Below, piece after piece: positions 31,669 through 43,368 of a stretch of 64,000 bases of DNA. The notes beneath the pieces are model-generated. The model saw only the letters and a list, made by a program, of their open reading frames with translations, did no database searches and was not told the origin of the DNA. The stretch's first letter is position 1. Each line of letters begins with the position of its first letter. Origin of the DNA: an uncultured Planctomycetales bacterium (GTDB lineage Bacteria > Omnitrophota > Gorgyraeia > Zapsychrales > JAHFFX01). The stretch is from positions 48,823 through 112,822 of the forward strand of contig CAYXGG010000003.1 of the NCBI GenBank assembly GCA_964464475.1. Reading direction: 5' to 3'. The position numbers were made by a program, and so were the translations under genes.

Positions 31669-32793
31669 ATGAGCCATTTAAATCTAGCCTCTTTAGCCCA
31701 ACGTTCACTTAACGGAGAATTATTATCGCATCATGAATGCCGTCAAGTGCTTTCCGACCCTGGTATTGAGCTACTTCCACTCCTTAACGAAGCCTATGTG
31801 GTACGGAAACACACCCATGGCAAAGACGTTCATGTGCACATCATTAATAACGCTCAGAATGGTTTTTGCCCAGAGGACTGTGGTTATTGCGCGCAGGCAA
31901 AAACGTCGGCGGCTGACATCGAAGAATATCCGCTTAAGCCAGACGCTGAAATTCTTGCCGAAGCCAAGAATGCTTACGAAAAAGGAGCTTTTCGCTATTG
32001 TATGGTTTTTGCCGGAAGAGGGCCATCTCCCCGCAGAGTGGAACATTTAGCTAAGCTCATTCGCGACATTAAATCCAAGTATCCAATTGAAATCTGTGTT
32101 TCGGCGGGACTCATGAACGAAGCAGCAGCGAGAACACTAAAAGAAGCCGGATTAGACCGCCTAAACCACAATTTAAATACTTCGGAACGTCGCTATCCTG
32201 AAATTTGCACCACGCATACTTTTGAGGATCGACTTAATACTTTACGTGCCGCTCAAACCGTTGGGCTAGAAATGTGCTCTGGAATTATTGTGGGTATGGG
32301 AGAAGAACTGGATGACGTTATTGATATCGGCATACGCCTAAGAGAAATGAAAGTGAAATCAATCCCAGTCAACTTTTTAATCCCAATTCCTGGGAACCAA
32401 CTCAAAGAAATATCGAATTTAACTCCGGAATATTGTCTAAGAATTCTCTGCCTGTACCGCTTCCTTAATCCCACTTCAGAATTACGTGTTGCCGCAGGGA
32501 GGGAAGGGCATTTAAGAAGCCTGGAAGTCTTAGCTCTTTACCCGGCTAACTCACTCTTTTTGGACGGCTATCTCAACACTAAGGGCTCCAACAGCGCTAA
32601 AACCCTGCGCATGATTAAAGATGCGGGCTTTAACATTAAATCAGAATTTTCTGTTGATGATCTATTGGGCCAAGAAACTCCAGGACCTGACCAATTTAAT
32701 ATTGATCACAACCCTAGCATCATGAAGGAATTAAAAGACTTACGGCCAAAGCTCTCTACCTTAAACTCAGCCCCAAGTCCCCAAAAAGCTTAG
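31669..32793 (+). CDS. bioB: Biotin synthase
   Basis: CPEDCGYCAQ, RYC, ICVS, NHNLNT, MCSG, IPVNF, RVAAGRE, YLNT. Confidence 0.95.
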   Translation: MSHLNLASLAQRSLNGELLSHHECRQVLSDPGIELLPLLNEAYVVRKHTHGKDVHVHIINNAQNGFCPEDCGYCAQAKTSAADIEEYPLKPDAEILAEAKNAYEKGAFRYCMVFAGRGPSPRRVEHLAKLIRDIKSKYPIEICVSAGLMNEAAARTLKEAGLDRLNHNLNTSERRYPEICTTHTFEDRLNTLRAAQTVGLEMCSGIIVGMGEELDDVIDIGIRLREMKVKSIPVNFLIPIPGNQLKEISNLTPEYCLRILCLYRFLNPTSELRVAAGREGHLRSLEVLALYPANSLFLDGYLNTKGSNSAKTLRMIKDAGFNIKSEFSVDDLLGQETPGPDQFNIDHNPSIMKELKDLRPKLSTLNSAPSPQKA

Positions 32794-32823
32794 AAGCAAA
32801 GAAGCCATAATTAAGTATTTTTC

Positions 32824-32851
32824 TTGTCAAAAAAATTGAGAATGTTATAGT
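32824..32851 (+). promoter_or_regulatory. Sigma70 promoter of oxoacid:ferredoxin oxidoreductase operon
   Basis: TTGTCA-16nt-TATAGT with TGn. Confidence 0.65.
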
Positions 32852-32907
32852 AAGCCATCTATTTAGCCGCAGTCATTCTGCAAAAAATTTAATCAAAGGA
32901 TTCAACC

Positions 32908-34734
32908 ATGATAAAAGAAAAAAAGAAAGTATCACGTTTTGAACTATTAATGGATGCTGGGTTTGGGGCCCAGAAAGCAGGAGACATCCTCATCAGCGCT
33001 TTTGCCGCTACTGGAAAATATGTCTATATCGAACCTATGATTCCTGCCGAAATCAGCCCACCGCCGCGCACGCGTCCAGCGCTCTCTGGCGTTATTATTC
33101 GCGTCGCAGATTTTGATATTACTAATATTGGCAATGATGCGGATGTGATTGTGGCTGCTCATGAAATCGTTCTGGACCGTCGTTTGGACGATGAAGAAAC
33201 AAATCCAAACTGTCGAGTTCTACTCGACATGGGCGATAAACCGGGCAATGAAGACGCCTACGAAAAGGTATGCAAGCGCGTAGCTGAACTTGGCTTAACC
33301 ATTATTCCCTTTGAAGTTGACGCCGAATCAAAAGCCATCATCACCAGCATGGCCGGAGCCGGCAAAAACATGTATTACATTGGCATGTTAGCCGCGATCT
33401 ACAACACCCCCAAAGATGTCGTCAACGCCAAAATCCAAAAAACATTTGGAAAAAAGCTTAAAGAAGAGATTCTACAAAAAAACATTAAAGTTTTTGAAAA
33501 CGGCTATGATTACGCCAGCAAAAGCGTTTTCTTCTCGTTTGAGATCGAGTCTCGCACGCGCACCGGTGAGAAAATAATGATTGATGGAAATTCCGCATTA
33601 AGTACGGGAATCATTGATGCCGGCATCAAACTTTTTTCAGGTTATCCTATTACGCCCGCGTCTTCCATCATGCATATGCTTGCCAAGCAATTCCCAGCCT
33701 ACGGCGGCGTGGTGCATCAAGCCGAAGATGAAATTGCCGCCATTGGCACGGCAGTAGGCGCTTATTTTGGAGGAACCCCCGCGATTACCTGTACATCTGG
33801 CCCAGGACTTTCCTTAAAACAAGAATTTATTGGTTTTGCTTCCGCGGCGGAGATCCCTTTAATCGTAATCGACGCCCAACGTTCTGGTCCTTCGACGGGT
33901 ATGCCCACTAAAACAGAACAATCAGATTTACCGGCAGCTATTTTTGGGTGCCATGGTGACAATACCAAAGTCGTACTGAGCGTTTCCAATGTCATTGACT
34001 GCTTTTACGCTCCCCAAATGGCCCGTTATCTAACAGAAAAATTACGGGTTCCCGTCATTATCTTAAGCGATTTTCAAACGGCCAATAGCTACAAAATCAT
34101 TGACCGCCCTAAAGCCAACGAAATCACCAATGTGGATGATGTCCCGGATTTTGTTTTTGAACGATTTCATTTGCAACGCTTAACAGACACTATCGAAATG
34201 GTTCGACCCTTGCAGGCCGCACCCGGGACTCCGGGGGGCATGCGTCGCGTCACCGGATTAAATACAGATAAAGAGGGCCGAGTTAGTTATTTCTCAAAAG
34301 TCAATCACCGCTCGCATGCCGTCAGAAACGAAAAACTGCACCTCGTCAAACGCGCCCTCACCAAACCAGAAATGTTTGGTAAAGAAGAAGGAGAACTGTT
34401 GATTGTTGGCTGGGGAAGCACGCGTGGCGCTATCGAAGAATCGATCAATTTGTGTCAAAACGACGGTCTACCTATTTCCGGGATGCATTTAAAAATTGTC
34501 AACCCGCTTCCTATGATGCTTAAAGATATATTCTCAAAATTCAATCGCGTCGTGACCGTTGAAGTCGCGTACGGTGACAACATCAAGTTTTCTCCCTTGG
34601 CCTATTTATTAAGGGCGGAAACACTAGTTGACATCCGCTCCATGCTTTCAAAAGCGACCGGCAGACCGATCCGACCCAAAATTATTTATCAAACGGCAAA
34701 GGAGTACATCCATGAGTACGCAGGTTCAAGATAA
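32908..34734 (+). CDS. 2-oxoacid:ferredoxin oxidoreductase alpha subunit (gamma-alpha fusion)
   Basis: GYPITPAS, QAEDEIAA, TSGPG, QRSGPSTGMPTKTEQSD, GWGST. Confidence 0.93.
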   Translation: MIKEKKKVSRFELLMDAGFGAQKAGDILISAFAATGKYVYIEPMIPAEISPPPRTRPALSGVIIRVADFDITNIGNDADVIVAAHEIVLDRRLDDEETNPNCRVLLDMGDKPGNEDAYEKVCKRVAELGLTIIPFEVDAESKAIITSMAGAGKNMYYIGMLAAIYNTPKDVVNAKIQKTFGKKLKEEILQKNIKVFENGYDYASKSVFFSFEIESRTRTGEKIMIDGNSALSTGIIDAGIKLFSGYPITPASSIMHMLAKQFPAYGGVVHQAEDEIAAIGTAVGAYFGGTPAITCTSGPGLSLKQEFIGFASAAEIPLIVIDAQRSGPSTGMPTKTEQSDLPAAIFGCHGDNTKVVLSVSNVIDCFYAPQMARYLTEKLRVPVIILSDFQTANSYKIIDRPKANEITNVDDVPDFVFERFHLQRLTDTIEMVRPLQAAPGTPGGMRRVTGLNTDKEGRVSYFSKVNHRSHAVRNEKLHLVKRALTKPEMFGKEEGELLIVGWGSTRGAIEESINLCQNDGLPISGMHLKIVNPLPMMLKDIFSKFNRVVTVEVAYGDNIKFSPLAYLLRAETLVDIRSMLSKATGRPIRPKIIYQTAKEYIHEYAGSR

Positions 34735-35635
34735 ATCGGCCAACCAACCGTTAACCATTAAAGACCTTCATACCGAAAATCCTCGCTGGTGCGCGGGGTG
34801 CGGCGACTTTGGTATTATTGCCGCTGTCAAAAAATTTATGGTTGACGAACAGCTCGTTGCTGCAAAAACCGTTAACGTGTCCGGCATTGGCTGTTCAGGT
34901 CGCGCCCCCAACTACATCCATGCCTATGGTGTGCATTCGATTCACGGACGCCCCATCACGGTAGCTACCGGATTGGCTTTATCGCGACCCGACGTCAATC
35001 TTTTTGTCCATTCCGGCGATGGTGACGCTATCAGCATTGGTGGAAACCACCTCATTCACGGAATCAACAAAAATTTCAAATGCGTCTTTTTAATGTATGA
35101 CAACGAACTTTACGCGTTAACCAAGAACCAAACGTCTCCAACAACACGTAAAGGTCATGCCACCATGACTCAGCCGGCAGGGACTTACCTGGATCCCATC
35201 AACCCGCTGAGAACCGCACTTGGCTTAGGTGCTTCCTTTGTGGCGAGCACGGCGGACTGGTTACAAGATCATTTAGGTAACACCCTCAAAGCGGCTTTTG
35301 AACACCCGGGTTTTGCTTTCGTTCACATTTCCCAGCGATGTCCCCATTTTGATCCGCTGAACTTTGACCACAAAACTTCAGGCTGGTTTTCCTTTTTAAA
35401 AAGTCAAAATGGAATAGATCCAGATAAACGTTGGGCAGATAAAACCGAACAAATTGACCATGATCCCAGCAATATTGAAAGTGCATTTCGTTTTGCCAAT
35501 GCCGAACGACGCTATTTTGGATTATTTTTTCAAAATAAAGAAAAGCCTCGTTACGATGAAATCTTGCGTAACCAGCTCAAAAGCGCCACTCAACGACCAC
35601 GTGCAAAAGTTTTAGAGCAATTTTTGTTGGAATAA
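34712..35635 (+). CDS. 2-oxoacid:ferredoxin oxidoreductase beta subunit
   Basis: WCAGCGD, GIGCSGR, GDGD..GGNH, QRCP; AAGGAG RBS before 34712. Confidence 0.93.
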   Translation: MSTQVQDKSANQPLTIKDLHTENPRWCAGCGDFGIIAAVKKFMVDEQLVAAKTVNVSGIGCSGRAPNYIHAYGVHSIHGRPITVATGLALSRPDVNLFVHSGDGDAISIGGNHLIHGINKNFKCVFLMYDNELYALTKNQTSPTTRKGHATMTQPAGTYLDPINPLRTALGLGASFVASTADWLQDHLGNTLKAAFEHPGFAFVHISQRCPHFDPLNFDHKTSGWFSFLKSQNGIDPDKRWADKTEQIDHDPSNIESAFRFANAERRYFGLFFQNKEKPRYDEILRNQLKSATQRPRAKVLEQFLLE

Positions 35636-35640
35636 CCTTT

Positions 35641-36591
35641 ATGAGTGCCGCAGAAAAAGTTGTCATTATTGGTTCAGGACCAGCGGCGCATACGGCTGCC
35701 ATTTATGCCGCAAGAGCTAACTTGACGCCCTTGCTCTATGAAGGATTTCTGGCTGGTGGCATCGCGGCCGGCGGACAACTCACCACCACTACGGAAGTAG
35801 AAAATTTTCCTGGATTTCCTGAAGGGATTCAAGGCCCTGAACTCATGATGCGCATGCGGGCGCAGTCCATCAAATGCGGAACTCGGATTAAAACTTTAAC
35901 GGTGGACCGGGTTGATCTTTCTCAAAAACCTTTCCGATTATTTGTGGGGACAGAAGAAGTTATCGCAGAGACCATTATCATTGCCACGGGGGCCACAGCC
36001 AAACGCATGCATGTTCCTGGAGAAGATTTACTCTGGCAAAAAGGTATTTCGGCGTGCGCTGTTTGCGATGGGGCCTTACCTATTTTTCGAAACAAACCCC
36101 TCATAGTAGTGGGCGGAGGGGATTCAGCCGCAGAAGAGGCCACGTATCTCACCAAATTTGCAAGCAAAGTTATGTTACTCGTGAGGAGAGACCAGCTACG
36201 CGCCTCTCAAGCCATGCAAACAAAACTAAAGCAAAATAATAAAATTGAAATTCATTGGAACACTGTACTTTTAAAGGTGATAGGCACTAAATTACTGACC
36301 AGCGTAGAAATAAAAAATACCCAGACCGGAACCATTAGCACCTTAGATACCGGTGGGTTATTTTATGCCATTGGCCATGAACCTAATACCGCCTTCCTCA
36401 ACCATCAAGTTGAACTTGATGATGTCGGTTATATAAAAACCACCCCTGGAACGACTCGAACCAATGTGGCCGGCGTTTTTGCTTGTGGTGATGTCCAAGA
36501 CAAGGTTTATCGTCAAGCCATAACCGCAGCCGGTTCTGGTTGCATGGCGGCACTCGAGGCCGAACGATACCTTAGTCATCACCACAACTAA
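35641..36591 (+). CDS. trxB: Thioredoxin reductase
   Basis: GSGPA, CAVCDG, GGGDSA, GDVQD. Confidence 0.97.
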   Translation: MSAAEKVVIIGSGPAAHTAAIYAARANLTPLLYEGFLAGGIAAGGQLTTTTEVENFPGFPEGIQGPELMMRMRAQSIKCGTRIKTLTVDRVDLSQKPFRLFVGTEEVIAETIIIATGATAKRMHVPGEDLLWQKGISACAVCDGALPIFRNKPLIVVGGGDSAAEEATYLTKFASKVMLLVRRDQLRASQAMQTKLKQNNKIEIHWNTVLLKVIGTKLLTSVEIKNTQTGTISTLDTGGLFYAIGHEPNTAFLNHQVELDDVGYIKTTPGTTRTNVAGVFACGDVQDKVYRQAITAAGSGCMAALEAERYLSHHHN

Positions 36592-36689
36592 TAATCTCAA
36601 CATTCTCAATAAAGACGAGTTGGTCAAATTGAATATCAAGCTTGGCTATGCTAAGATGATTTCATTTTATTCACAAATTTTGCTTAATT

Positions 36690-37415
36690 ATGACTCACCC
36701 ATCTGATGAAAAAACTGCCAAAGCTGACTCTTGGCGGATGTTTAATAAAATTTCAGCCAATTACGATTTCCTCAACCGGATACTCTCCTGGGGACAGGAT
36801 TCGCGCTGGCGGAATCGAATGGTTGAACTCATTCCTAATGAAAGCGACATGATTGCTTTGGATCTGGCTACGGGGACCGCTGACGTGTTATTAACCATGT
36901 TTCGCCTGCGCCCCAACATCAAGCAAGGCTTAGGGCTAGACCTTTCGGACCGAATGTTGGATATCGGCCGACATAAAGTGGCGAAACAAGGCCTTTCTAG
37001 CCATATTCTCTTACGTCATGGTGACGCTCAAAATATTCCCAATCCGGATAATATTTTTTCGGTGGTCACGATCGCATTCGGCATAAGAAATATGCCTGAT
37101 CCACATAAAGCCCTTAAAGAAATGCATCGGGTTTTGCTTCCTGGAGGGAAAGCCCTTATTTTAGAGTTTTCTTTACCCAGAAACCCTCTAATCCGGTTCT
37201 TTCATTTGAATTACCTGCGCCATATTGTGCCACTCGCAGGCTACGTATTTTCAGGGCACTACCAAGCTTACAAATATTTAAACACAACCATTGAAAAATT
37301 TCCTTATGGAGAAAAATTTCAATTTATGATGAAGGAAGCAGGATTCATCAACGTTTGTGAACGGTCATTAATGCTTGGAGCGGCCAGTATTTACGAAGGG
37401 TTTAAGGCGCCATGA
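36690..37415 (+). CDS. menG: Demethylmenaquinone methyltransferase (MenG/UbiE)
   Basis: MFNKISANYDFLN, DLATGTAD, AFGIRN, ILEFS. Confidence 0.93.
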   Translation: MTHPSDEKTAKADSWRMFNKISANYDFLNRILSWGQDSRWRNRMVELIPNESDMIALDLATGTADVLLTMFRLRPNIKQGLGLDLSDRMLDIGRHKVAKQGLSSHILLRHGDAQNIPNPDNIFSVVTIAFGIRNMPDPHKALKEMHRVLLPGGKALILEFSLPRNPLIRFFHLNYLRHIVPLAGYVFSGHYQAYKYLNTTIEKFPYGEKFQFMMKEAGFINVCERSLMLGAASIYEGFKAP

Positions 37416-38785
37416 ATCTAGCGGCTACTGCACCCAAGCAATATCTATTTAAGGATATTCGACAAAAATTTGAAAGTTGGCTTAATCAACATACATCTAA
37501 ATCAACGCCGGCTCATTCAGTTCGTCAATTTTCATGCCCCATCCCTGAAACCGATATCCTAAAAGAACTAATTATTTATCCAACAGAGCACCGTTGCTAT
37601 TGGCAGAACCGTGACGCAACAGAAGAATGGGGAACCTGGGAAAAAGCGGTCGAGTTCATTGGCACGAACAACAATGAGTGCGCTAAAAATTTACAAGAAA
37701 TTTCCAAACTCTTAGTTGATCCACAAATCACTTGTTTTTGTGGCCTGGCTTTTGATCCTAATAATATCAACCTAAGCTGGAAGAATTTCTCAGCCGGTTT
37801 TTGTTTCTTGCCGCGATTTGCTATTGGTCGCCAACACGATCATTACACCTTTTATTGCTACATACGACCAGGTGAATTAACTCCATTTTCTGTTCAAAAC
37901 CTATTGACTGAATTTGACCATATCTTCAAAACGGCAACCCACCCCCAAGATATTAGCAATAATAACTTAAGATTTATTCAGCATTCCCCGCAAAAAGAGC
38001 AGTGGGTGGGAATGGTCCATCATGTTTTAGACGAAATACGCCGAGAAAATTTAAAAAAAGTAGTCTTGGCACGCCAATCATTATTCGAATTAAATCAGAC
38101 CCTGGATCCGTTTTTATTGCTGCCCAAAATAAAAAAGTCAAACCCACATTGTTTCATTTTTTGTTATGCCCCCCAACCCGATGAGGCATTTTTGGGCGCT
38201 TCACCAGAGAGACTATTTTCCAGATCAGAGAAGCAAATTACCTCTGAGGCATTAGCCGGTACCAGGCCTCGCTCTAAATCCACATCTCAAGACCAGAAAT
38301 TAGGGGAAGAATTGCTGTCGTCAGAAAAAGACCGTCACGAACAACATTTGGTTGTCGAATTCTTAAAAGCTAAACTTACTCCAATGACCCAGCATCTCAA
38401 TATAGATGATTCGGCAAAACTATTAAAATTAAGAGAAGGCCAACACCTGGTCTCAAATTTGCAGGGCGAACTAACATCGACCAATATTAAAGACGCTGAT
38501 ATATTGACGACTTTGCACCCCACACCAGCCGTGGCCGGCACACCAACGCAGTCCGCCTTAACCATGATTGCTCGGCTCGAGAATTTTAGTCGGGGGTTAT
38601 ACGCAGGAGCTATTGGAACCCTGAGCCAGAACAAAAGTGAACTGGCCGTTGGTATTCGTTCTGCTCGATTACAAGGAAAAAGCTTGGCCATTTTTGCGGG
38701 GGCAGGTATTGTTCAAGGATCTCAGCCAGAGGCCGAATGGGAGGAGATCGAAAACAAAATGAACAGTCTCTTAAAAGCCCTCTAA
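37412..38785 (+). CDS. menF: Isochorismate synthase
   Basis: KVVLAR, GASPERL, EALAGT, LHPTPAVAG, IRSA, AGAGIV. Confidence 0.92.
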   Translation: MNLAATAPKQYLFKDIRQKFESWLNQHTSKSTPAHSVRQFSCPIPETDILKELIIYPTEHRCYWQNRDATEEWGTWEKAVEFIGTNNNECAKNLQEISKLLVDPQITCFCGLAFDPNNINLSWKNFSAGFCFLPRFAIGRQHDHYTFYCYIRPGELTPFSVQNLLTEFDHIFKTATHPQDISNNNLRFIQHSPQKEQWVGMVHHVLDEIRRENLKKVVLARQSLFELNQTLDPFLLLPKIKKSNPHCFIFCYAPQPDEAFLGASPERLFSRSEKQITSEALAGTRPRSKSTSQDQKLGEELLSSEKDRHEQHLVVEFLKAKLTPMTQHLNIDDSAKLLKLREGQHLVSNLQGELTSTNIKDADILTTLHPTPAVAGTPTQSALTMIARLENFSRGLYAGAIGTLSQNKSELAVGIRSARLQGKSLAIFAGAGIVQGSQPEAEWEEIENKMNSLLKAL

Positions 38786-38802
38786 TAAGAATTTTAAAAA
38801 CC

Positions 38803-40584
38803 ATGAACGAATTTCAAGTTCCTAACCTCAACTACCTGTGGTCCAGCTTGGTTATCGAAGAGCTCATCCGGCAAGGAGTGGATTATTTCTGTATAGCGCC
38901 GGGATCTCGAAGCGCGCCTTTAAGCGTCGCCGCTGGCATTAATATTGCCGCCAAAACCTGCGTGCATTTTGACGAACGTGGATTAGCCTTTCATGCGGTT
39001 GGGTACATAACGGCCACCCGCAAACCCGCAGTGCTCATCTGCACCTCTGGAACCGCCGTTGCCAATTTTTTGCCTGCCGTCATTGAATGCGCTAAGAAGA
39101 AGTTACCTTTAATCATTTTCACGGCAGATCGTCCTCCGGAATTACGCAAAACCGGTGCCAACCAGACTATTGAGCAAACCGGAATTTTTGGTGAGTATGC
39201 CCGCTGGAAGATCGATGTTCCATGCCCCGACACTCAAATTCCAGCCGCGAATCTTTTAACGCTCATCGACCAGGCAGTTTATCAAGCCAAGCGTCTCCCT
39301 GCGGGACCCGTCCATTTAAATTTTATGTTCCGAGAACCACTGGCTCCCATTGAACAAAACAAAGATTTTAACGCTTATCTTCAACCACTGGCCAGATGGT
39401 TTAACGCCACAACGCCTTTCACGAGTTATCTTGAGAAAGAAAGCACATTAAGTGCAAAATCTCTAACGAGTCTTATTAAAACAATTTCTAATATCAAAAA
39501 TGGGTTACTCGTTGTTGGAAAGCTGACGGGACCAGACGAAGCTAGTGCGGTTCTTCAACTGGGCAATAAATTAGGCTGGCCGATTTTTCCTGATATTTCC
39601 TCAGGATTAAGACTTGCTCGTAAACATCCCCTAGTTATTGAGAATTTTGACCTTTTACTAAATTCTCATAAATGGCAAAACACGTTATCCTTTGATGGTG
39701 TTTTGCATTTAGGGGGACGTATGACTTCCAAGCGGCTTAATCAATTCCTAGAACATAAGAAGATCGCTCCTTATATTATGGTCTTGAACCATCCGCTGCG
39801 CAATGATCCGACCAATCAAGTCACTTTACGGGTGGAAAGTAGTGTTAAAAATTTTTGTAATGCACTGCAACCCAAAATATCTAAAAAGCCGAACACCGCA
39901 ATCGTCAAAATCATACAAAAATCCTCCCGCGCTGTGGACAAACTCGTTATAAAGAATCTACGATTGAGTGGACTCAACGAGCCTGCTGTCGCGCGAATTC
40001 TATCCCAGCAATTAAAACCCAGACAAGGATTATTCTTGGGAAACAGTTTGCCGATCAGAGAATTTGATATGTTCGCACAAGGCGGTGGGGCAACCCCCAG
40101 TATCGGAACCAACCGTGGGGCCAGCGGTATTGATGGCCTTATCGCAAGCGCAAGTGGTTTCGCGAAAGGATTAAACGCACCAACGACGCTCCTTATTGGG
40201 GACCTGTCTTTTCTCCATGATTTAAATTCGTTAGCGCTATTGCGAAGCAACCAACCGCCTTTAATCATCGTCATTTTGAATAACGATGGCGGCGGTATTT
40301 TTTCTTTTTTACCTATTGCTCAATTCAGAAAAAACTTTGAACAGCTCTTTGGAACACCGCACGGCCTGAAATTTAGTGACTCGGCCAAACAATTTCAGCT
40401 ACATTATTCCCGACCAACCACTCCTCAAGAATTCATCAAAGCTTACCGACAAGCTTTAAAATACTCTCGCTCCACCATCATTGAGATCACAACTAATCGC
40501 GAACAAAATGCCGTCTTGCAACGAGATCTTCAGGAGCAAATTCGTAATTCATTAGCCCATTCGATTAAGGAGCAAAAAAATTAA
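38803..40584 (+). CDS. menD: SEPHCHC synthase
   Basis: [50 protein letters not shown]. Confidence 0.95.
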   Translation: MNEFQVPNLNYLWSSLVIEELIRQGVDYFCIAPGSRSAPLSVAAGINIAAKTCVHFDERGLAFHAVGYITATRKPAVLICTSGTAVANFLPAVIECAKKKLPLIIFTADRPPELRKTGANQTIEQTGIFGEYARWKIDVPCPDTQIPAANLLTLIDQAVYQAKRLPAGPVHLNFMFREPLAPIEQNKDFNAYLQPLARWFNATTPFTSYLEKESTLSAKSLTSLIKTISNIKNGLLVVGKLTGPDEASAVLQLGNKLGWPIFPDISSGLRLARKHPLVIENFDLLLNSHKWQNTLSFDGVLHLGGRMTSKRLNQFLEHKKIAPYIMVLNHPLRNDPTNQVTLRVESSVKNFCNALQPKISKKPNTAIVKIIQKSSRAVDKLVIKNLRLSGLNEPAVARILSQQLKPRQGLFLGNSLPIREFDMFAQGGGATPSIGTNRGASGIDGLIASASGFAKGLNAPTTLLIGDLSFLHDLNSLALLRSNQPPLIIVILNNDGGGIFSFLPIAQFRKNFEQLFGTPHGLKFSDSAKQFQLHYSRPTTPQEFIKAYRQALKYSRSTIIEITTNREQNAVLQRDLQEQIRNSLAHSIKEQKN

Positions 40585-40585
40585 T

Positions 40586-41410
40586 ATGACTAAATCAATT
40601 CATTGGAAAACCGCCCAAGATTTCACTGACATTAAATATGAAAAAGCCGAAGGTATCGCCAAAATCACCATCAACCGCCCCGCCGTTCGTAACGCTTTTC
40701 GTCCGTTAACAGTCGTAGAAATGTCTCAGGCACTTAATGACGCCCGCGATGATGAAAAAATCGGTGTGATTATTTTAACCGGCGAAGGCAAGCTCGCGTT
40801 TTGCTCGGGAGGTGACCAGAAAATCCGCGGGGATGCGGGCTACAAAGATGAAAAGGGCATACATCGCTTAAATGTGCTAGACTTTCAACGCCAAATGCGC
40901 ACCTGCCCTAAGCCCATTATCGCCATGATCGCCGGGTACGCGATCGGCGGGGGGCACATCCTGCACTTACTCTGCGATATTTCCATTGCGGCGGACAATG
41001 CGATCTTCGGCCAAACCGGACCGAAGGTAGGATCTTTTGATGGAGGCTACGGAGCCAGTTACATGGCCCGAATTGTGGGCCAAAAAAAAGCACGTGAAAT
41101 TTGGTTTCTTTGCCGCCAATACAATGCTCAACAAGCATTGGCCATGGGCTTAGTGAATACGGTGGTACCTTATGATCGACTGGAGATGGAAACCGTCCAA
41201 TGGTGTCGAGAAATTCTGGCCAATTCCCCGCTCGCCATTCGCTGTTTAAAATCCGCCCTAAACGCGGATTGCGACGGCCAAGCCGGTCTGCAAGAATTGG
41301 CGGGTAACGCCACCTTGCTCTTTTATATGACGGAAGAAGGACAGGAAGGCCGTAATGCTTTTGTACAAAAACGAAAACCTGACTTTTCTAAATTTCCTAA
41401 ACGTCCCTAA
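40586..41410 (+). CDS. menB: 1,4-dihydroxy-2-naphthoyl-CoA synthase
   Basis: [21 protein letters not shown]. Confidence 0.98.
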   Translation: MTKSIHWKTAQDFTDIKYEKAEGIAKITINRPAVRNAFRPLTVVEMSQALNDARDDEKIGVIILTGEGKLAFCSGGDQKIRGDAGYKDEKGIHRLNVLDFQRQMRTCPKPIIAMIAGYAIGGGHILHLLCDISIAADNAIFGQTGPKVGSFDGGYGASYMARIVGQKKAREIWFLCRQYNAQQALAMGLVNTVVPYDRLEMETVQWCREILANSPLAIRCLKSALNADCDGQAGLQELAGNATLLFYMTEEGQEGRNAFVQKRKPDFSKFPKRP

Positions 41411-41427
41411 ATTAAGGATATTGATTT

Positions 41428-41757
41428 GTGGCTTATGATGAACGCTTAGAATCACGACTTATCCTGCTAGTCCAAAGACGGGACGATATCTTTGCCAGAA
41501 AAATGTTTGGTGGGGTAGGATTTTTACTAAGAGGTAACATGTGTTTTGGTATTTGGAAGGACTCATTGATATTACGCCTGGACATTAAGACCGCTGAAAA
41601 AGCCTTATTACAGCGAGGAGTGCGTCCTTTTGACATCACGGGACGTCCAATGAGAGGCTGGATATTGGTTGAGCCATCGGCGATGAAAACCACCGCCTCT
41701 CTTAAAAAGTGGGTCAACCTAAGCTTACGCTACGTTGCCAAGTTGCCCCGCAAGTAG
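41428..41757 (+). CDS. TfoX/Sxy N-terminal domain protein
   Basis: RKMFGGVGFLLRGNM, GRPMRGW, YVAKLP. Confidence 0.85.
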   Translation: MAYDERLESRLILLVQRRDDIFARKMFGGVGFLLRGNMCFGIWKDSLILRLDIKTAEKALLQRGVRPFDITGRPMRGWILVEPSAMKTTASLKKWVNLSLRYVAKLPRK

Positions 41758-41804
41758 GACTAAACATACTTCCTCAATTTTATGGAAGAGAAAGAACAGG
41801 GATC

Positions 41805-43016
41805 ATGGAAACATCAACACTAAGTTTTACCGGTCTGGGAATTGCCCCCCGGATTATGGACACGCTAAATAGTTTAAAGTTCAAACACCCTACGCCCATT
41901 CAACATCAAGCCATTCCGGTGATTTTGGAAGGAAAAGATTTCATGGGCATCGCCCAAACAGGTACCGGCAAAACTTTAGCCTTTACGATTCCCACCATTC
42001 AACAAATGGCCCAAACCAAAGATAAAGCGGTCGTGGTTGTCCCAACACGAGAGCTGGCCGTACAGGTCAACGAAACGTTTACCAAAATTGCCCGTCCCTT
42101 TAATATTCGAACTGCGGTTCTCATCGGTGGAGAACCTCTGCATAAACAATTTAAAGCCCTGGCCGCGCATCCGCGCGTTATTATTGCCACGCCTGGCCGT
42201 CTAATCGATATCATGAAACAACGAAGAATATCTTTGGCTGATGCCAAAATTCTTATTTTGGACGAAGCAGATCGAATGTTTGATATGGGTTTCGCTCCTC
42301 AAATCGAAGAAATTCTTAGGTCTATTCCTAAAGATCGACAGACGCTATTATTTTCAGCAACGATGCCCTCGGAAATACTGTCCGTGGTCAGAAGACATTT
42401 GCGTATGCCGGTCACGATTGAAATCGCACCACCCGGAACCAAATCCGAAGCAGTCACTCATGAGCTTTTCATTGTCCGTCAGGAAATGAAAAAAACTCTC
42501 TTAGAGAAACTATTAACCCGCTTTAGGGGCTCCGTCTTGCTATTCTGTCGTACCAAAATTGCCGCTCACCGTATCGCCAAAACAATGATCGCGCGCGGTT
42601 ATAACGCGGCGGAAATCCATTCTGATCGATCGCTAGGCCAGCGTCGAGAAGCGCTGGAAGGCTTCAAGAACGGCAAATATCGCATTCTCATTGCCACGGA
42701 TATCGCCTCCCGAGGGATTGATGTCAAAGGCATAGAACTCGTCGTCAATTATGATCTTCCGGATGATCCGGAAAATTATGTTCATCGTATCGGAAGAACC
42801 GGACGCGCCGGGCAACAAGGACACGCCATTAGCTTTGCGACGGCCGATCAAAGGGAAGAGGTCAATAAAATTGAACGATTACTAAAAGCGACTTTGCCGA
42901 TTTCAAAGCATCCGGAAATTCCTACCGATGATTTTGCTCCGCCACGTCCGGTCTATACTCATAAGCAACGATCTGGTTCCTGGAGCAATCGCCGCTCCTT
43001 CGGTCGCCGAAGATAA
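41805..43016 (+). CDS. DEAD-box RNA helicase (RhlE-like)
   Basis: Q motif, AQTGTGKT, PTRELA, DEAD, SAT, HRIGRTGRAG. Confidence 0.96.
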   Translation: METSTLSFTGLGIAPRIMDTLNSLKFKHPTPIQHQAIPVILEGKDFMGIAQTGTGKTLAFTIPTIQQMAQTKDKAVVVVPTRELAVQVNETFTKIARPFNIRTAVLIGGEPLHKQFKALAAHPRVIIATPGRLIDIMKQRRISLADAKILILDEADRMFDMGFAPQIEEILRSIPKDRQTLLFSATMPSEILSVVRRHLRMPVTIEIAPPGTKSEAVTHELFIVRQEMKKTLLEKLLTRFRGSVLLFCRTKIAAHRIAKTMIARGYNAAEIHSDRSLGQRREALEGFKNGKYRILIATDIASRGIDVKGIELVVNYDLPDDPENYVHRIGRTGRAGQQGHAISFATADQREEVNKIERLLKATLPISKHPEIPTDDFAPPRPVYTHKQRSGSWSNRRSFGRRR

Positions 43017-43025
43017 AAGCCCTTT

Positions 43026-43063
43026 CGATAACTTCCCTAACACCATCCTTAGGGAAGTTATCG
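43026..43063. terminator. 15-bp hairpin after helicase gene
   Basis: CGATAACTTCCCTAA-8nt-TTAGGGAAGTTATCG; U-tract weak on both strands. Confidence 0.6.
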
Positions 43064-43201
43064 TACAAAATTCTTCCTACTGAATCAATCTCACAAGAAT
43101 AGCCTCGCTAGCTGATTGAGTTCCTTTCAAATAAATTCCTACAATTGATTTATTCTTTTGCCCGTATAAATCCACCATAAAACTTTATTCAGGAAATCGG
43201 C

Positions 43202-43321
43202 AATACTGGCCTTTTCTCTTCCAATGCTAGTTAAGGAAGCCAGTATTAACCCTTTCTTCTCTTTGAGAAAAGGCGGTATTGACTACATTAAATACAGCAT
43301 TAGTAGTAGAAAGGTCAATAA
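43202..43321 (-). ncRNA. Candidate structured RNA, copy B
   Basis: Same three-stem layout as 11089-11214; 19-nt identity (43303-21 = 11196-214); loop-loop pairing 43214-28/43296-311 kept with different sequence. Confidence 0.6.
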
Positions 43322-43333
43322 AAGAGCTAGTCA

Positions 43334-43361
43334 TTGAATTAACACTGAATTTTGTTAAAAT
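43334..43361 (+). promoter_or_regulatory. Promoter of leaderless menA
   Basis: TTGAAT-16-(TGn)TAAAAT, then 7 nt to ATG 43369. Confidence 0.6.
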
Positions 43362-43368
43362 TCAATTC

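Noticed and set aside
43272-43279. GGCGGTAT resembling the ops/JUMPstart element
   Set aside because: Imperfect match (ops is GGCGGTAG), copy A reads GGCCGTAT, and it lies upstream of the menA promoter.
43279-43368. 30-aa N-terminal extension of menA
   Set aside because: Covers the RNA element and the menA promoter; the family N-terminus begins at MNPW.
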